Below are positions 1-8,290 of a DNA stretch of 64,000 nucleotides, piece by piece. Made by a program: the position numbers and the translations under genes. The stretch lies in contig CAYNWW010000004.1 of NCBI GenBank assembly GCA_964401055.1, forward strand, positions 13,390 through 77,389, in the 5' to 3' direction. Position 1 is the stretch's first letter. Each line of letters begins with the position of its first letter. The notes beneath the pieces are model-generated. The model was not told the origin of the DNA, ran no database searches, and saw only the letters and a list, made by a program, of their open reading frames with translations. Source of the DNA: an uncultured Candidatus Saccharibacteria bacterium. GTDB lineage: Bacteria > Patescibacteriota > JAUYIX01 > CAYNWW01.

Positions 1-881
1 AACAGCCGCGCTTTTCTGTCCCTCCTTATCTCGGCAAACGGCAACGCCTGGATGATCGACTCAAGTCCCATTTGTTCCAAAAATCCACCAATTTGCCAGC
101 ACCGGTTGTTAACCGGGGAATTCTCAAGCGAACGCGCAAAAATCCGCATATTCTTCTGCAAAATCCTTCGCATCGGCCTCATCACACGCGATTGTTTCTC
201 GCGCGCGCAAAGCATGTTCAGGATGACTTGCGCAGAATATTGCTCGCGCACATATTCCAGCAGCGCCTCGGCGTTTTTCTCGTTCGCATCGCGAGACGCG
301 AAACGAATTTCGAGCTTTTTATGCGATCGACGCATACGCTGACGACGGTTAAAACACACGATTTTCACCAGATCAGCACAGACCTCAGGGCGAACTTGCA
401 ATCTACAGATAAGGTGCTCGATATAATACGCAATCAGCTCTTCTAACAGAACCTCGTATTCGAAAAAGTCACGCTTTCTCCCGCCGGTCACTTCCGTCCA
501 GAGGCTTTCGCCCAAAATCTGGATGGGGAGTTGTTTTTCAAACCGATACAAGTCGTAGTCTTCTCCTACATGCTCGAGTGATTTTCGGCGCAGCTGCTCG
601 CGCTCAGCCCACCCAAAGAGTACGCAATACGCACGCTCAGCGCCTGGATGAAGGCCTCCTTCAGACCAGCTACCCCAACCTCCAGATCCGGTCTTCAATC
701 GAATCACTCGATTAAAACGCCCTCCATCGTCCTCGGAAGTCGGCTCCTTGCCAAAAAGACTCTCCAATTCCAATCGAACCATTGCCTGCAACGACTTATT
801 CAGAGAGGGGCGCACAACCAGCTCCAAAGGGGTTTGCGACAAATCTAAAACCTGAATCCCAGCGCTCAAATTCGGGCACAT
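1..881 (-). CDS. Hypothetical protein, N-terminal 293 codons (gene runs off the left edge of the window; ATG at 881)
   Basis: Continuous open frame on the minus strand from the ATG at 879-881 to position 3, with no stop. GGAGGA Shine-Dalgarno 9 nt upstream (reverse complement of 891-896). Absent from the ORF track, presumably because it has no stop inside the window. All plus-strand ORFs in 52..848 lie inside it. No family recognised. Confidence 0.5.
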   Translation of the reverse strand, partial: MCPNLSAGIQVLDLSQTPLELVVRPSLNKSLQAMVRLELESLFGKEPTSEDDGGRFNRVIRLKTGSGGWGSWSEGGLHPGAERAYCVLFGWAEREQLRRKSLEHVGEDYDLYRFEKQLPIQILGESLWTEVTGGRKRDFFEYEVLLEELIAYYIEHLICRLQVRPEVCADLVKIVCFNRRQRMRRSHKKLEIRFASRDANEKNAEALLEYVREQYSAQVILNMLCAREKQSRVMRPMRRILQKNMRIFARSLENSPVNNRCWQIGGFLEQMGLESIIQALPFAEIRRDRKARL

Positions 882-981
882 GACTCAAATTCCTCCGTTG
901 TTTATCCTCAAGACACCTGTCTTCAGGACGAGGTATTTAAGCACGCGTTGATAGATTTTGCAAGAGGCGAGTCTGTGAGCT

Positions 982-1010
982 TTGACAAAGTATAAATAAA
1001 ATGATATAAT
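982..1010 (+). promoter_or_regulatory. Sigma70-type promoter: TTGACA (982-987), 17-nt spacer, TATAAT (1005-1010), upstream of the SpoIID-domain gene
   Basis: Perfect consensus hexamers with 17-nt spacing read directly; the region is divergent to the minus-strand gene starting at 881. Confidence 0.5.
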
Positions 1011-1109
1011 GTATCTAGTTCCTGAGGTTCCGCGACCAAAATCTGTCGCCCAGCTCTCAGCACCCAAAAATGCCGCAAAAAAAACAGCTCAAAAACAAAC
1101 ACAAAACAT

Positions 1110-2687
1110 ATGTCCGTTCCCGCTCCTGGAGCACAATTTAGCCAGATGCTGGCGCAGGCGCCTCCGCAGTCACTGGCGCAAGAAAACCTGCAAGATACAC
1201 CGGAAATCCGTTATTCCCGGGTGTTGTTTTTTGTCTCGGTGAGTTTGTTGGCACTGGTGCCCTTGGTTTGGGCCGCGCGCGAACCCCAGGCCCTGGTACG
1301 CGGCGTCGGACTCGAATCCAGTGTGGCTGCGCTCACATTTCACTCTAGTGCAACTCCACCGGCAACAACACCTGTCGCGCCCCAGCCGACTCGCGATTAT
1401 GAAGCGAAAAAAGTCGGCCAAAGCGTCACCGCGCTCACGCTCAAGCCACGCGAAAAAATTCGCGTCTGGGTGGATTTTCGCAATGCAGGCCGCGTGACGT
1501 GGTTGCGCGAAACCGCGAGCGGTTCAGATTTTATCGCCATCAACTCGCTCAACGCAGACCCAATCACCGGCATCGACCCGTTTCGCGCGCCCGACTGGGA
1601 TCTCGCATACAATCACTACGCATTCCGCCCCGGCCGCATGAGCCAGACTTCGACCGCCCCCGGCGCCACTGCGCGATTTTACATCACCCTTCAAGCGCCA
1701 CTCACACTTGGCACATACACGGAAAAATTCACCTTGGTCGCGGAAAACCGCGAAGCCATCACCGGCGGCACGTTCACGCTTCCGGTCACCGTAGTCGCCG
1801 ATACCGCAGCCGCCATCGACCGCGCACACAAAGGCGAAACCGTACGCGTGGGAATTTGGAATACCGAAAAACCGGTACAAATCAGCTCAGCCGCCGCATT
1901 TACCGCATTGGATGCCGCAAAAAAACCACTGCGCACCTACGCAGCGGATGAAATCGCCACCGTACAATATGTCGCCGCGACAAAAGCGTATCTCCTTGAC
2001 GGCGCGATCGTGGCGTCTGCGTATGTGACCTTCGAACCCACACCTGGAGAATTTATCGAAATCGTCAACTATCCCGGCCGCGCAAGTACAACCTCGGCAT
2101 ACAATGATAATTATTTCCCGGGCAAACTCGAATACCGCCACTCGTCGCTGTCCGGCCGCACCTGGGTCATCAACACGCTCTCACTCGAAGCCTACGTCCG
2201 CGGAGTGGGCGAGGTGTCCAACGCAACACCGCACGAAATGCAAAAAGCCATGACCATCGTCGAGCGCACCTATGCCGAATACCACCGCCGCCGCGCGACC
2301 AAACACGCGAGCGACTTTTTCCACGTCGATAACAGATACGACCAAGTCTACAAAGGCGCCGGATTTTCTTTTCGCAATCCGCTCGTCGCGACCGCAGCCG
2401 TAGAAACCGCCGGCTCCATTGTGACTTACCAAGGCGCGCTCGCCATCACGCCGTATTTCAGTCGCAGCGATGGCCGCACGCGCTCATATCGCGAAGTGTG
2501 GGGCGGCGCCGGTCTGCCATGGCTCGTGGGTGTCGATGTACCCCAAAGCAAAGGCCAGCCGCTCCTCGGCCACGGCGTGGGCATGGATGCGTATGCAGGC
2601 GTGCAAATGGCTGCAAAGCAAAATGCGACCGCGGCAACAATTTTGCAATATTTTTATACCGGAACCACGCTCACAAAAATCTACTAA
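1110..2687 (+). CDS. SpoIID/LytB-domain protein (membrane-anchored, peptidoglycan remodelling)
   Basis: N-terminal TM helix. The C-terminal half carries SpoIID-like signatures (LEAYVRGVGEVSNATPHEMQKAMTIVERTYA ... DQVYKGAGFS ... TYQGALAITPYFSRSDGRTRSYREVWGG). Confidence 0.65.
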   Translation: MSVPAPGAQFSQMLAQAPPQSLAQENLQDTPEIRYSRVLFFVSVSLLALVPLVWAAREPQALVRGVGLESSVAALTFHSSATPPATTPVAPQPTRDYEAKKVGQSVTALTLKPREKIRVWVDFRNAGRVTWLRETASGSDFIAINSLNADPITGIDPFRAPDWDLAYNHYAFRPGRMSQTSTAPGATARFYITLQAPLTLGTYTEKFTLVAENREAITGGTFTLPVTVVADTAAAIDRAHKGETVRVGIWNTEKPVQISSAAAFTALDAAKKPLRTYAADEIATVQYVAATKAYLLDGAIVASAYVTFEPTPGEFIEIVNYPGRASTTSAYNDNYFPGKLEYRHSSLSGRTWVINTLSLEAYVRGVGEVSNATPHEMQKAMTIVERTYAEYHRRRATKHASDFFHVDNRYDQVYKGAGFSFRNPLVATAAVETAGSIVTYQGALAITPYFSRSDGRTRSYREVWGGAGLPWLVGVDVPQSKGQPLLGHGVGMDAYAGVQMAAKQNATAATILQYFYTGTTLTKIY

Positions 2688-3250
2688 AATCCCAACGCGG
2701 GCGCATCGCCGACAGCACGTGCACGTTCTACCAACTGCACATGCGCACCTTCTTCGACAGAACCATCACGAATCACCAGCGCGTCAGTGCGAATTTCAAT
2801 CACTGCGGTGCGCCCGATCAACAGTTCTTTGGTGGCACGAATTTCGTCCAAACTCAAGCGCGCCGGATGGCGCAACAACTCAGCAATACGTCGGGAAAAT
2901 TCGGGCTTCACGCGATACTGCACGATATCCCAACTCGTCGAGTCCACCACAAATTCCATCACAGTGCCGATCCGCTCATCGCCCCACGTCAACACCGGAA
3001 GTCCGACGAGCTCGACATGTGCGTCGCGCGAGGCCGTGCTTGGAGAAGGAGACACAAGGAGTTTGCCATCAGATTCCACAATCACATCACCCGCGCTCAC
3101 CGCACGATCGCCGATCACCAGACCGACTACCACGCCCCGCAAACGATCAATCAAAAAACCGGAACACATCCGGCTCTTTTTTTGCGCAGCACCATCCTCG
3201 CCGCGCGCTACCACCTGATATTTCACCACATCGCGAGAAGAAATCAGCAT
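2684..3250 (-). CDS. PRC-barrel-like domain protein (tentative)
   Basis: Two G/V/D-rich beta-barrel-like segments (GDVIVESDGKLLV; IGRTAVIEIRTDALVIRDGSV) reminiscent of PRC barrels. Weak call. Confidence 0.3.
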   Translation of the reverse strand: MLISSRDVVKYQVVARGEDGAAQKKSRMCSGFLIDRLRGVVVGLVIGDRAVSAGDVIVESDGKLLVSPSPSTASRDAHVELVGLPVLTWGDERIGTVMEFVVDSTSWDIVQYRVKPEFSRRIAELLRHPARLSLDEIRATKELLIGRTAVIEIRTDALVIRDGSVEEGAHVQLVERARAVGDAPALGF

Positions 3251-3259
3251 ATCCGCGAC

Positions 3260-3853
3260 CTACGCCTCGACAGGTTGCGCCGCGGCTTCTATCTCTTGTG
3301 CAATTTCCGCAAACGAACGCGCATCGGCGGTAGATTTTACGACAATACGTCGATTGGGATCCTGACCAAGACTTTCCGCCACCAAGCCTTCACGGCCGAG
3401 CAATTCCATGTGCACCACGCGCCGCTCATACGACGACATCGGGCGCATTGCCTCAAACGTGCCGGATTCGGACACGCGCAATGCCACATCAGCGGCAAGT
3501 GATTTCAAGTATTCAATGCGTTTGGTTTTGTATTCGTTAACATCGAGAATAAAATTGAGCCGCGCGAGCGCCTCGTCGGTTTTGTACAAATTGCGCACCA
3601 TCAGTCGTGCAATGTATTGCAATGCTTGCAGGTTGGCGCCTTGCTGGCCGATCAACAAACTCGGGTTTTTGACTTTAATATTGATCACGATCAGTTCGCG
3701 ATCGTTATCGCTGCGAATACTTTCCGAAAGCTGCGCATCCACGCCCAGGCGTGCAAGCAATTCAGCAACTATCGTTTTGAGTTGGTCAATCGGTTGCGAA
3801 TCCATGAGGGTGAAATTAGCGACTGTTAAGCGGTTTTCCTCATTATATACCAT
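3260..3853 (-). CDS. jag: Jag/KhpB-like RNA-binding protein (KH + R3H domains)
   Basis: KH-like GQQGANLQALQYIARLM and a C-terminal R3H region (SYERRVVHMELLGREGLVAESLGQDPNRRIVV). Sits directly downstream of yidC as usual. Start chosen at the internal ATG (3853); the ORF-track start at 3889 is a TTG that overlaps yidC by 64 nt. Confidence 0.7.
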   Translation of the reverse strand: MVYNEENRLTVANFTLMDSQPIDQLKTIVAELLARLGVDAQLSESIRSDNDRELIVINIKVKNPSLLIGQQGANLQALQYIARLMVRNLYKTDEALARLNFILDVNEYKTKRIEYLKSLAADVALRVSESGTFEAMRPMSSYERRVVHMELLGREGLVAESLGQDPNRRIVVKSTADARSFAEIAQEIEAAAQPVEA

Positions 3854-4572
3854 TGCTGACCTATTGCAAACAACGTGGACACCGTCCAATACAGCGCAAG
3901 TCCGGCCGGCAGGCTAAATCCGATCACCGCGGTCATCACCGGCATCACATACGTGAGTTGTGTGTTCACCATCGAGCTAATTCCCGGATCAGCCGGCTTT
4001 TTGTCATCCTTTGATCCAACCACCACCGGCTGCGACGCTTTTTTTGCTTTTTGCTGGGCTTGCATCATTTTTGACTGGACAAATTGCAAAGCACCCGCGA
4101 CCAGCGCCAACACCTTGCTCGGCGCATTGAGTGCAACTACGCCAAGAAGAGTGGTCGATAACGCGCCCGGATTGTGCACAAATGAATACAACGAGCTGAG
4201 ATTCTCTGCGTGAAATCCAAAGTTAAACACCTGATACAAAGCGATCAAGATAGGGAGCTGAATCAATAGCGGAAGGCACGAAGACAGGGGATTTACTTTG
4301 TGCTCGCTATACAGCTTCATCAACTCGGCGCTTTGTTTCTGCTGGTCGTCTTTATATTTTTTGCGCAGCTCGTCCATCTTGGGCTGCAAATCCTGAAGCG
4401 CTTTTTGCGACTTGATCGACTGAAGCGACAGCGGGAAGAGCGCGAATTTGATAATCAACGTGATCAAAATAATCGTCACGCCAAAATCATGGCCAGGCAC
4501 GAGGTTGTACAAAAACACAAGAAGGTTAAACAACGGTTGCGTAAGAGCGGTGAAAAAAATACCGGATTGCAT
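3826..4572 (-). CDS. yidC: Membrane protein insertase YidC (short form)
   Basis: Multi-TM 60-kDa-insertase core (KFALFPLSLQSIKSQKALQDLQPKMDELRKKYKDDQQKQSAELMKLYSEHKVNPLSSCLPLLIQLPILIALY). Confidence 0.9.
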   Translation of the reverse strand: MQSGIFFTALTQPLFNLLVFLYNLVPGHDFGVTIILITLIIKFALFPLSLQSIKSQKALQDLQPKMDELRKKYKDDQQKQSAELMKLYSEHKVNPLSSCLPLLIQLPILIALYQVFNFGFHAENLSSLYSFVHNPGALSTTLLGVVALNAPSKVLALVAGALQFVQSKMMQAQQKAKKASQPVVVGSKDDKKPADPGISSMVNTQLTYVMPVMTAVIGFSLPAGLALYWTVSTLFAIGQQWYIMRKTA

Positions 4573-4581
4573 GAGGTAAAA

Positions 4582-4878
4582 TTAACTAATAGAAGAAGTG
4601 CGGCTGCGTGCAGGCGGGACGTCGTCCTCACCCCCGGAATTCCACGGATTGCAGCGGGCGATGCGCCACGCGACGAGTGCGCCACCCTTGATGACGCCAA
4701 ATCGTTCGATCGCTTGTGCACCGTACATGGAGCAGCTGGGCGAAAAACGACAGTAGCCGTACGGAAAAAACACTTTGAGCGGGCCGTGGTCAAACGACAA
4801 CGTGTGCTGGTACACCCAAATCAATGCGAGCACCACGCGCCGCGGAATTTGCGTAAGCGTGAAAAAGATTTTTTTCAT
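4582..4878 (-). CDS. yidD: Membrane protein insertion efficiency factor YidD
   Basis: YidD signature (YQHTLSFDHGPLKVFFPYGYCRFSPSCSMYGAQAIERFGVIKGGALVAWRIARCNPW). Start at MKKIFF (4878), overlapping the rnpA stop in an ATGA arrangement. Confidence 0.85.
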   Translation of the reverse strand: MKKIFFTLTQIPRRVVLALIWVYQHTLSFDHGPLKVFFPYGYCRFSPSCSMYGAQAIERFGVIKGGALVAWRIARCNPWNSGGEDDVPPARSRTSSIS

Positions 4879-5222
4879 ACAGACACTCCGGTGCGAATCC
4901 GCGCCAGACACTGGCTCAAATCATGCACCAACACATCACCGGGCTGGCCAATTATTCCGGCAGATGCCCACACAATAATATCATATCCGGGTGCGATTGT
5001 CGGCAGCATCGGACGGACAGCTTCGCGCAGCAAGCGCTTGACGCGATTGCGGGCAGTGGCACGCTTGCTGATTTTGTTGGAAACAATAAAGGCAAACCGA
5101 GTGGTCGGCTTGCCAGTTTTGACCGCGCTGATTTGAAGATAGCGTGCGCGAGAGCGAGTTCCGCGCCTCATGCAGTGCTGGATATCGGCGCTTTTTTGCA
5201 AACGAAACGGGCGCGCGAGCAC
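4875..5222 (-). CDS. rnpA: Ribonuclease P protein component RnpA (GTG start)
   Basis: RnpA motifs (RLQKSADIQHCMRRGTRSRARYLQI ... FIVSNKISKRATARNRVKRLLREAVR). Canonical position between rpmH and yidD. Confidence 0.9.
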   Translation of the reverse strand: MLARPFRLQKSADIQHCMRRGTRSRARYLQISAVKTGKPTTRFAFIVSNKISKRATARNRVKRLLREAVRPMLPTIAPGYDIIVWASAGIIGQPGDVLVHDLSQCLARIRTGVSV

Positions 5223-5230
5223 AGGCGCGA

Positions 5231-5365
5231 TTAGACCGTAAGTTTTGCGCGGCCTTTTTTGCGTCGGCGCTTCAAAACTTTGCGACCATTGAGAGTCAAC
5301 ATGCGCTTGCGAAAGCCATGTGTGCGCTTGCGCTTGATCTTTTTTGGCTGATACGTGCGTTTCAT
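5231..5365 (-). CDS. rpmH: 50S ribosomal protein L34 (44 aa; missed by the ORF track because under 60 aa)
   Basis: Hand translation of the reverse complement gives [44 protein letters not shown] followed by a stop, an unmistakable L34. Sits directly upstream of rnpA. Confidence 0.9.
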   Translation of the reverse strand: MKRTYQPKKIKRKRTHGFRKRMLTLNGRKVLKRRRKKGRAKLTV

Positions 5366-5436
5366 AAATATCGTTAATTAACGGACACTGATGAATTTAT
5401 CAGAAAAATGGCGGGGCGTCAACAGTGTAACGCGAT

Positions 5437-5466
5437 TTGACGATATCATCCCTTCATGGTAAAAAT
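5437..5466 (+). promoter_or_regulatory. Candidate promoter (TTGACG, 17-nt spacer, TAAAAAT) for the 5493 two-gene cassette
   Basis: Hexamers read directly; placed about 25 nt upstream of the SD. Confidence 0.3.
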
Positions 5467-5468
5467 AC

Positions 5469-5484
5469 CCTCCTATAGAGGAGG
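5469..5484 (+). promoter_or_regulatory. Small hairpin sequestering the Shine-Dalgarno (CCUCC, 6-nt loop, GGAGG) of the 5493 gene
   Basis: 5-bp stem CCTCC/GGAGG with loop TATAGA. The GGAGG lies 8 nt upstream of the GTG start. Possible thermometer-like translational control. Confidence 0.3.
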
Positions 5485-5492
5485 AACTCATC

Positions 5493-5852
5493 GTGAACAC
5501 CGGTCTTGCAAATCCAGAAGTCGTTGCGCGCACCCTGCTTGATCAGCTAACCGCTTTGGGCGAAGGCATTATTACGCGCATCAACGAGGCGTCCGCAAAC
5601 CTGAAAGGAGTTATCGACATCGAACACACAGATGGCGGATGCATCATCTGCAGAAGTCCAGACAAAGCAAGTCGACACCTCATCGGGGTCGATTGGAAAC
5701 GTGTCGCTGGCGCAACTGTACATCGCAATGCAGAAGACGAGGGCCAATCAGTTGTAACTGTCAAAAATGCAGCTGGCGCAGTCTTGTTGCAGATTATGTA
5801 TCCAGGAGAATACTTTAACCGTATTGACGCTTATCTGAAAGGTTGCCGATGA
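5493..5852 (+). CDS. Hypothetical protein (119 aa), first gene of a two-gene cassette between rpmH and oriC
   Basis: GTG start with a strong SD. Clean 119-codon frame in a region that looks lower in GC than its neighbours. Its stop overlaps the next start as ATGA. Confidence 0.5.
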   Translation: MNTGLANPEVVARTLLDQLTALGEGIITRINEASANLKGVIDIEHTDGGCIICRSPDKASRHLIGVDWKRVAGATVHRNAEDEGQSVVTVKNAAGAVLLQIMYPGEYFNRIDAYLKGCR

Positions 5853-6127
5853 AAGCACGGCTGATTGCTCTAGTGCCTTCCAAGGAAGACCCGACAATTC
5901 TCGCGCGAATACTTTGCTGGAAAAATCGGAGTCATATCGCAATCATCCCGGCGTTTAATAGCAAGGGAGAATTGTACAACTGGCACTTCGCATTTACGTG
6001 CTGTTGGAACAACCACGCCATTTTCGACTCGCGGTCCATACCCATCAAAGGCGACATACTGTATCCTATTCCCGAGCACATACGAGACGAATTCCTGAGA
6101 AAAATTAGGCACCCCCAAGCTCGATAA
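5849..6127 (+). CDS. Hypothetical protein (92 aa, Trp/Cys-rich), second gene of the cassette
   Basis: The ATG at 5849 overlaps the upstream TGA (ATGA, translational coupling). No recognisable family (…CWKNRSHIAIIPAFNSKGELYNWHFAFTCCWNNH…). Confidence 0.45.
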   Translation: MKARLIALVPSKEDPTILARILCWKNRSHIAIIPAFNSKGELYNWHFAFTCCWNNHAIFDSRSIPIKGDILYPIPEHIRDEFLRKIRHPQAR

Positions 6128-6156
6128 TCATCGGGCTTTTTCTTTTCCCCAGATCC

Positions 6157-6382
6157 TGTGGATAGTGTGCATGACTTGGGGAAACATATACACAACGCGC
6201 ACCCGCTCGAGCACAAGCTTTATCCGCAGTTTCCACAAGTTATCCACAAACTTATCCACTTATACACAGAGTTGTGCACATGCTCTGGGGAGATCGTGGG
6301 GAAAATACAAAAAATCCGCGCAGAAAAAGGAAAAAATTTGTGGATTTGCTTTTCCACCGCTCTCATGTAAACTTGTGGATAA
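6157..6382. promoter_or_regulatory. oriC part 1: DnaA-box cluster upstream of dnaA
   Basis: Perfect TTATCCACA at 6240-6248 and TGTGGATAA at 6374-6382. One-mismatch boxes at 6157-6165 (TGTGGATAG), 6220-6228, 6252-6260 and 6260-6268. Confidence 0.6.
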
Positions 6383-6442
6383 GACGCGGAGAGAAAATTT
6401 TGAAATACAACGTAACGTGAACAATAAGGTGGGTGTATTTGT

Positions 6443-7987
6443 ATGACGAATCAAGAAATTTGGAAAGCGGCGCTCGGAGAACTTGAACTGACAGTCAGCA
6501 AAGCAATGTTTTCGACGTGGTTCAAAGACACGTTTATCTTGACCAGTGAAAATGGCAACGTGACCGTGGGCGTGCCCAACGGATTTGCGAAAGAATGGCT
6601 CGAAGGCAAGATGAAAAAAGAAGTCTTCCGCGCATTGCAACACGTGACCAACAACGGCGTACGCGAAATCAAATACCAAATCACCAGCCAAGCCCAGCCA
6701 CAAACGCCGCAACAACAAGTCCAGCTCCGCCAGCCAGTCGTCTCAATGACACAACAATCAGTTTCTTCAGCCGGCGCGGCAGCTGCCGCAATTGCATCTG
6801 CGGTTGCCACGCGTCCGTCACAGCCAACCGTTCATATTACCATTCCGGCCACCGCATCACATGCGCAATCAGGCAATGGTGGCATGCATACCCAAAGTGC
6901 GTCAGCGGCGCAATCCGGCGGCACTCAGACGCAGTCGCACACCCAAGCCAATGATTATTTTTCCACCAACCTCAACCCCAAATACCGCTTCGAATCATTT
7001 GTGGTCGGCAGCAACAACGAACTCGCGCGCGCAGCGTGTCTTGCGGTCGCCAACAACATTGGCCACTCGTACAATCCGCTCTTTATCTACGGCGGCGTGG
7101 GTTTGGGCAAAACGCACCTGCTCCAAGCAGTCGGCAATGCAATCCTTGAAAAAGATCCAACCAAAAAAGTTCGCTACGTTTCGAGCGAACATTTTACCAA
7201 CGAAGTAGTCGAAGCTATTCGCAAGCAAACCATGTCGCAGGTAAAAGAGAAGTACCGCCAGGTGGATTTGCTCATCATCGACGATATCCAATTCCTTGCG
7301 ACCAAAGAAAAAACGCAGGAAGAATTTTTCCATACCTTCAACACGCTTTACGAAGCCAACAAGCAGATCATCATTTCGAGCGACCGTCCGCCCAAAGCCA
7401 TCCCAACACTCGAGGCGCGCTTGCAGTCGCGATTTGAAGGCGGCATGATTGCGGATATCGGCGCGCCGGATCTCGAGACGCGGATTGCGATTTTGCAGAA
7501 AAAGGCGATTGAAAAAAATTTCCCGGTGCAGGAAGGCGTCTTGAGCTATATCGCGAGCCACATCCAAAACAACGTGCGCGAACTCGAGGGCGCTATGAAT
7601 CGCGTGATTGCGCAGTGCCAGATCGAGCATCTCGAGCCGACACTGGAAAATGCCAAAAGCGTGCTCAACAACATCACCTCGGCGCCGTCGAAAAAAGCTA
7701 CGTCCGTGGAACGAATTATCGACGCCACGGCCGGATATTATCATTGCAACAAAGAAGACCTGGTGGGCAAGAGTCGCAAAAAAGAAATCGTGCGTCCGCG
7801 CCAAGTGGCCATGTATTTGCTGCGCGAAGAATTCAAGGCAAGCTTCCCGCAAATCGGCCAAGAACTGGGCGGCAAAGATCACACCACGGCCATGCACGCC
7901 TACCAAAAAGTAAAGTCGGCGGTCGACAATGAAGACGCAATCCGCCAAGATATTGACTTAATTCGCCAAAGATTGTACTCTGAATAA
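6443..7987 (+). CDS. dnaA: Chromosomal replication initiator DnaA
   Basis: AAA+ Walker A GVGLGKTHLLQAVGN, Walker B LLIIDDIQFL, and a C-terminal DnaA-box-binding domain (QVAMYLLRE...GGKDHTTAMHAYQK). Long low-complexity Q/A/S linker after domain I. SD AAGGTGG. Confidence 0.95.
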   Translation: MTNQEIWKAALGELELTVSKAMFSTWFKDTFILTSENGNVTVGVPNGFAKEWLEGKMKKEVFRALQHVTNNGVREIKYQITSQAQPQTPQQQVQLRQPVVSMTQQSVSSAGAAAAAIASAVATRPSQPTVHITIPATASHAQSGNGGMHTQSASAAQSGGTQTQSHTQANDYFSTNLNPKYRFESFVVGSNNELARAACLAVANNIGHSYNPLFIYGGVGLGKTHLLQAVGNAILEKDPTKKVRYVSSEHFTNEVVEAIRKQTMSQVKEKYRQVDLLIIDDIQFLATKEKTQEEFFHTFNTLYEANKQIIISSDRPPKAIPTLEARLQSRFEGGMIADIGAPDLETRIAILQKKAIEKNFPVQEGVLSYIASHIQNNVRELEGAMNRVIAQCQIEHLEPTLENAKSVLNNITSAPSKKATSVERIIDATAGYYHCNKEDLVGKSRKKEIVRPRQVAMYLLREEFKASFPQIGQELGGKDHTTAMHAYQKVKSAVDNEDAIRQDIDLIRQRLYSE

Positions 7988-8025
7988 TCTGAGACGCCAA
8001 AGAGGCGCGAAGATATCCCCAGTTT

Positions 8026-8290
8026 TGTGGATAACCTGTGGAGAAGTGGTAAAAGATGGGGATAAGTTGGGCAGTTGTGCCCAGAATATCCTCAGGCCGC
8101 TGCGGGACAATACAGCTGCGTCCCTGTTACCCCCAATTCGTCCTCAGATTGTCCGGATGTGAATCCCCGGGTTGTGCCCAGGCTCGATTGGCGGTCAGCA
8201 CACAAAAAAGTGCGTTTTCCCCACAATCCACAGCACTACTCCTATAATAACTACAATTATTTATATATAAGAAAGAAAAAACGCTTAGGG
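8026..8290. promoter_or_regulatory. oriC part 2: DnaA box (TGTGGATAA, 8026-8034) plus AT-rich unwinding-element-like stretch (8243-8280) between dnaA and dnaN
   Basis: Perfect box and a roughly 40-nt AT-rich tract (ctataataactacaattatttatatataagaaagaaaaa) read directly. Confidence 0.5.

Noticed and set aside
52-848. Plus-strand ORFs 52..342, 72..446 and 648..848 from the ORF track
   Set aside because: All lie inside, and antisense to, the continuous minus-strand frame 1..881, which has an SD and ATG. Their products are Arg/Ser-rich junk-like sequences.
1009-1242. ORF 1009..1242 (+) starting inside the promoter
   Set aside because: Its ATG overlaps the TATAAT -10 element. It is out of frame with the real SpoIID-domain gene and low-complexity, so it is probably not coding.
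2470-5136. Long plus-strand ORFs (2470..3333, 2498..3502, 4300..5136) opposite the PRC-barrel/jag/yidC/yidD/rnpA genes
   Set aside because: Typical high-GC antisense ORFs: Arg/His/Pro-rich with no motifs. The minus-strand genes are unmistakable.
6995-7948. 317-aa minus-strand ORF inside dnaA
   Set aside because: Antisense to DnaA. Composition (F/R/H-rich) typical of a shadow ORF.
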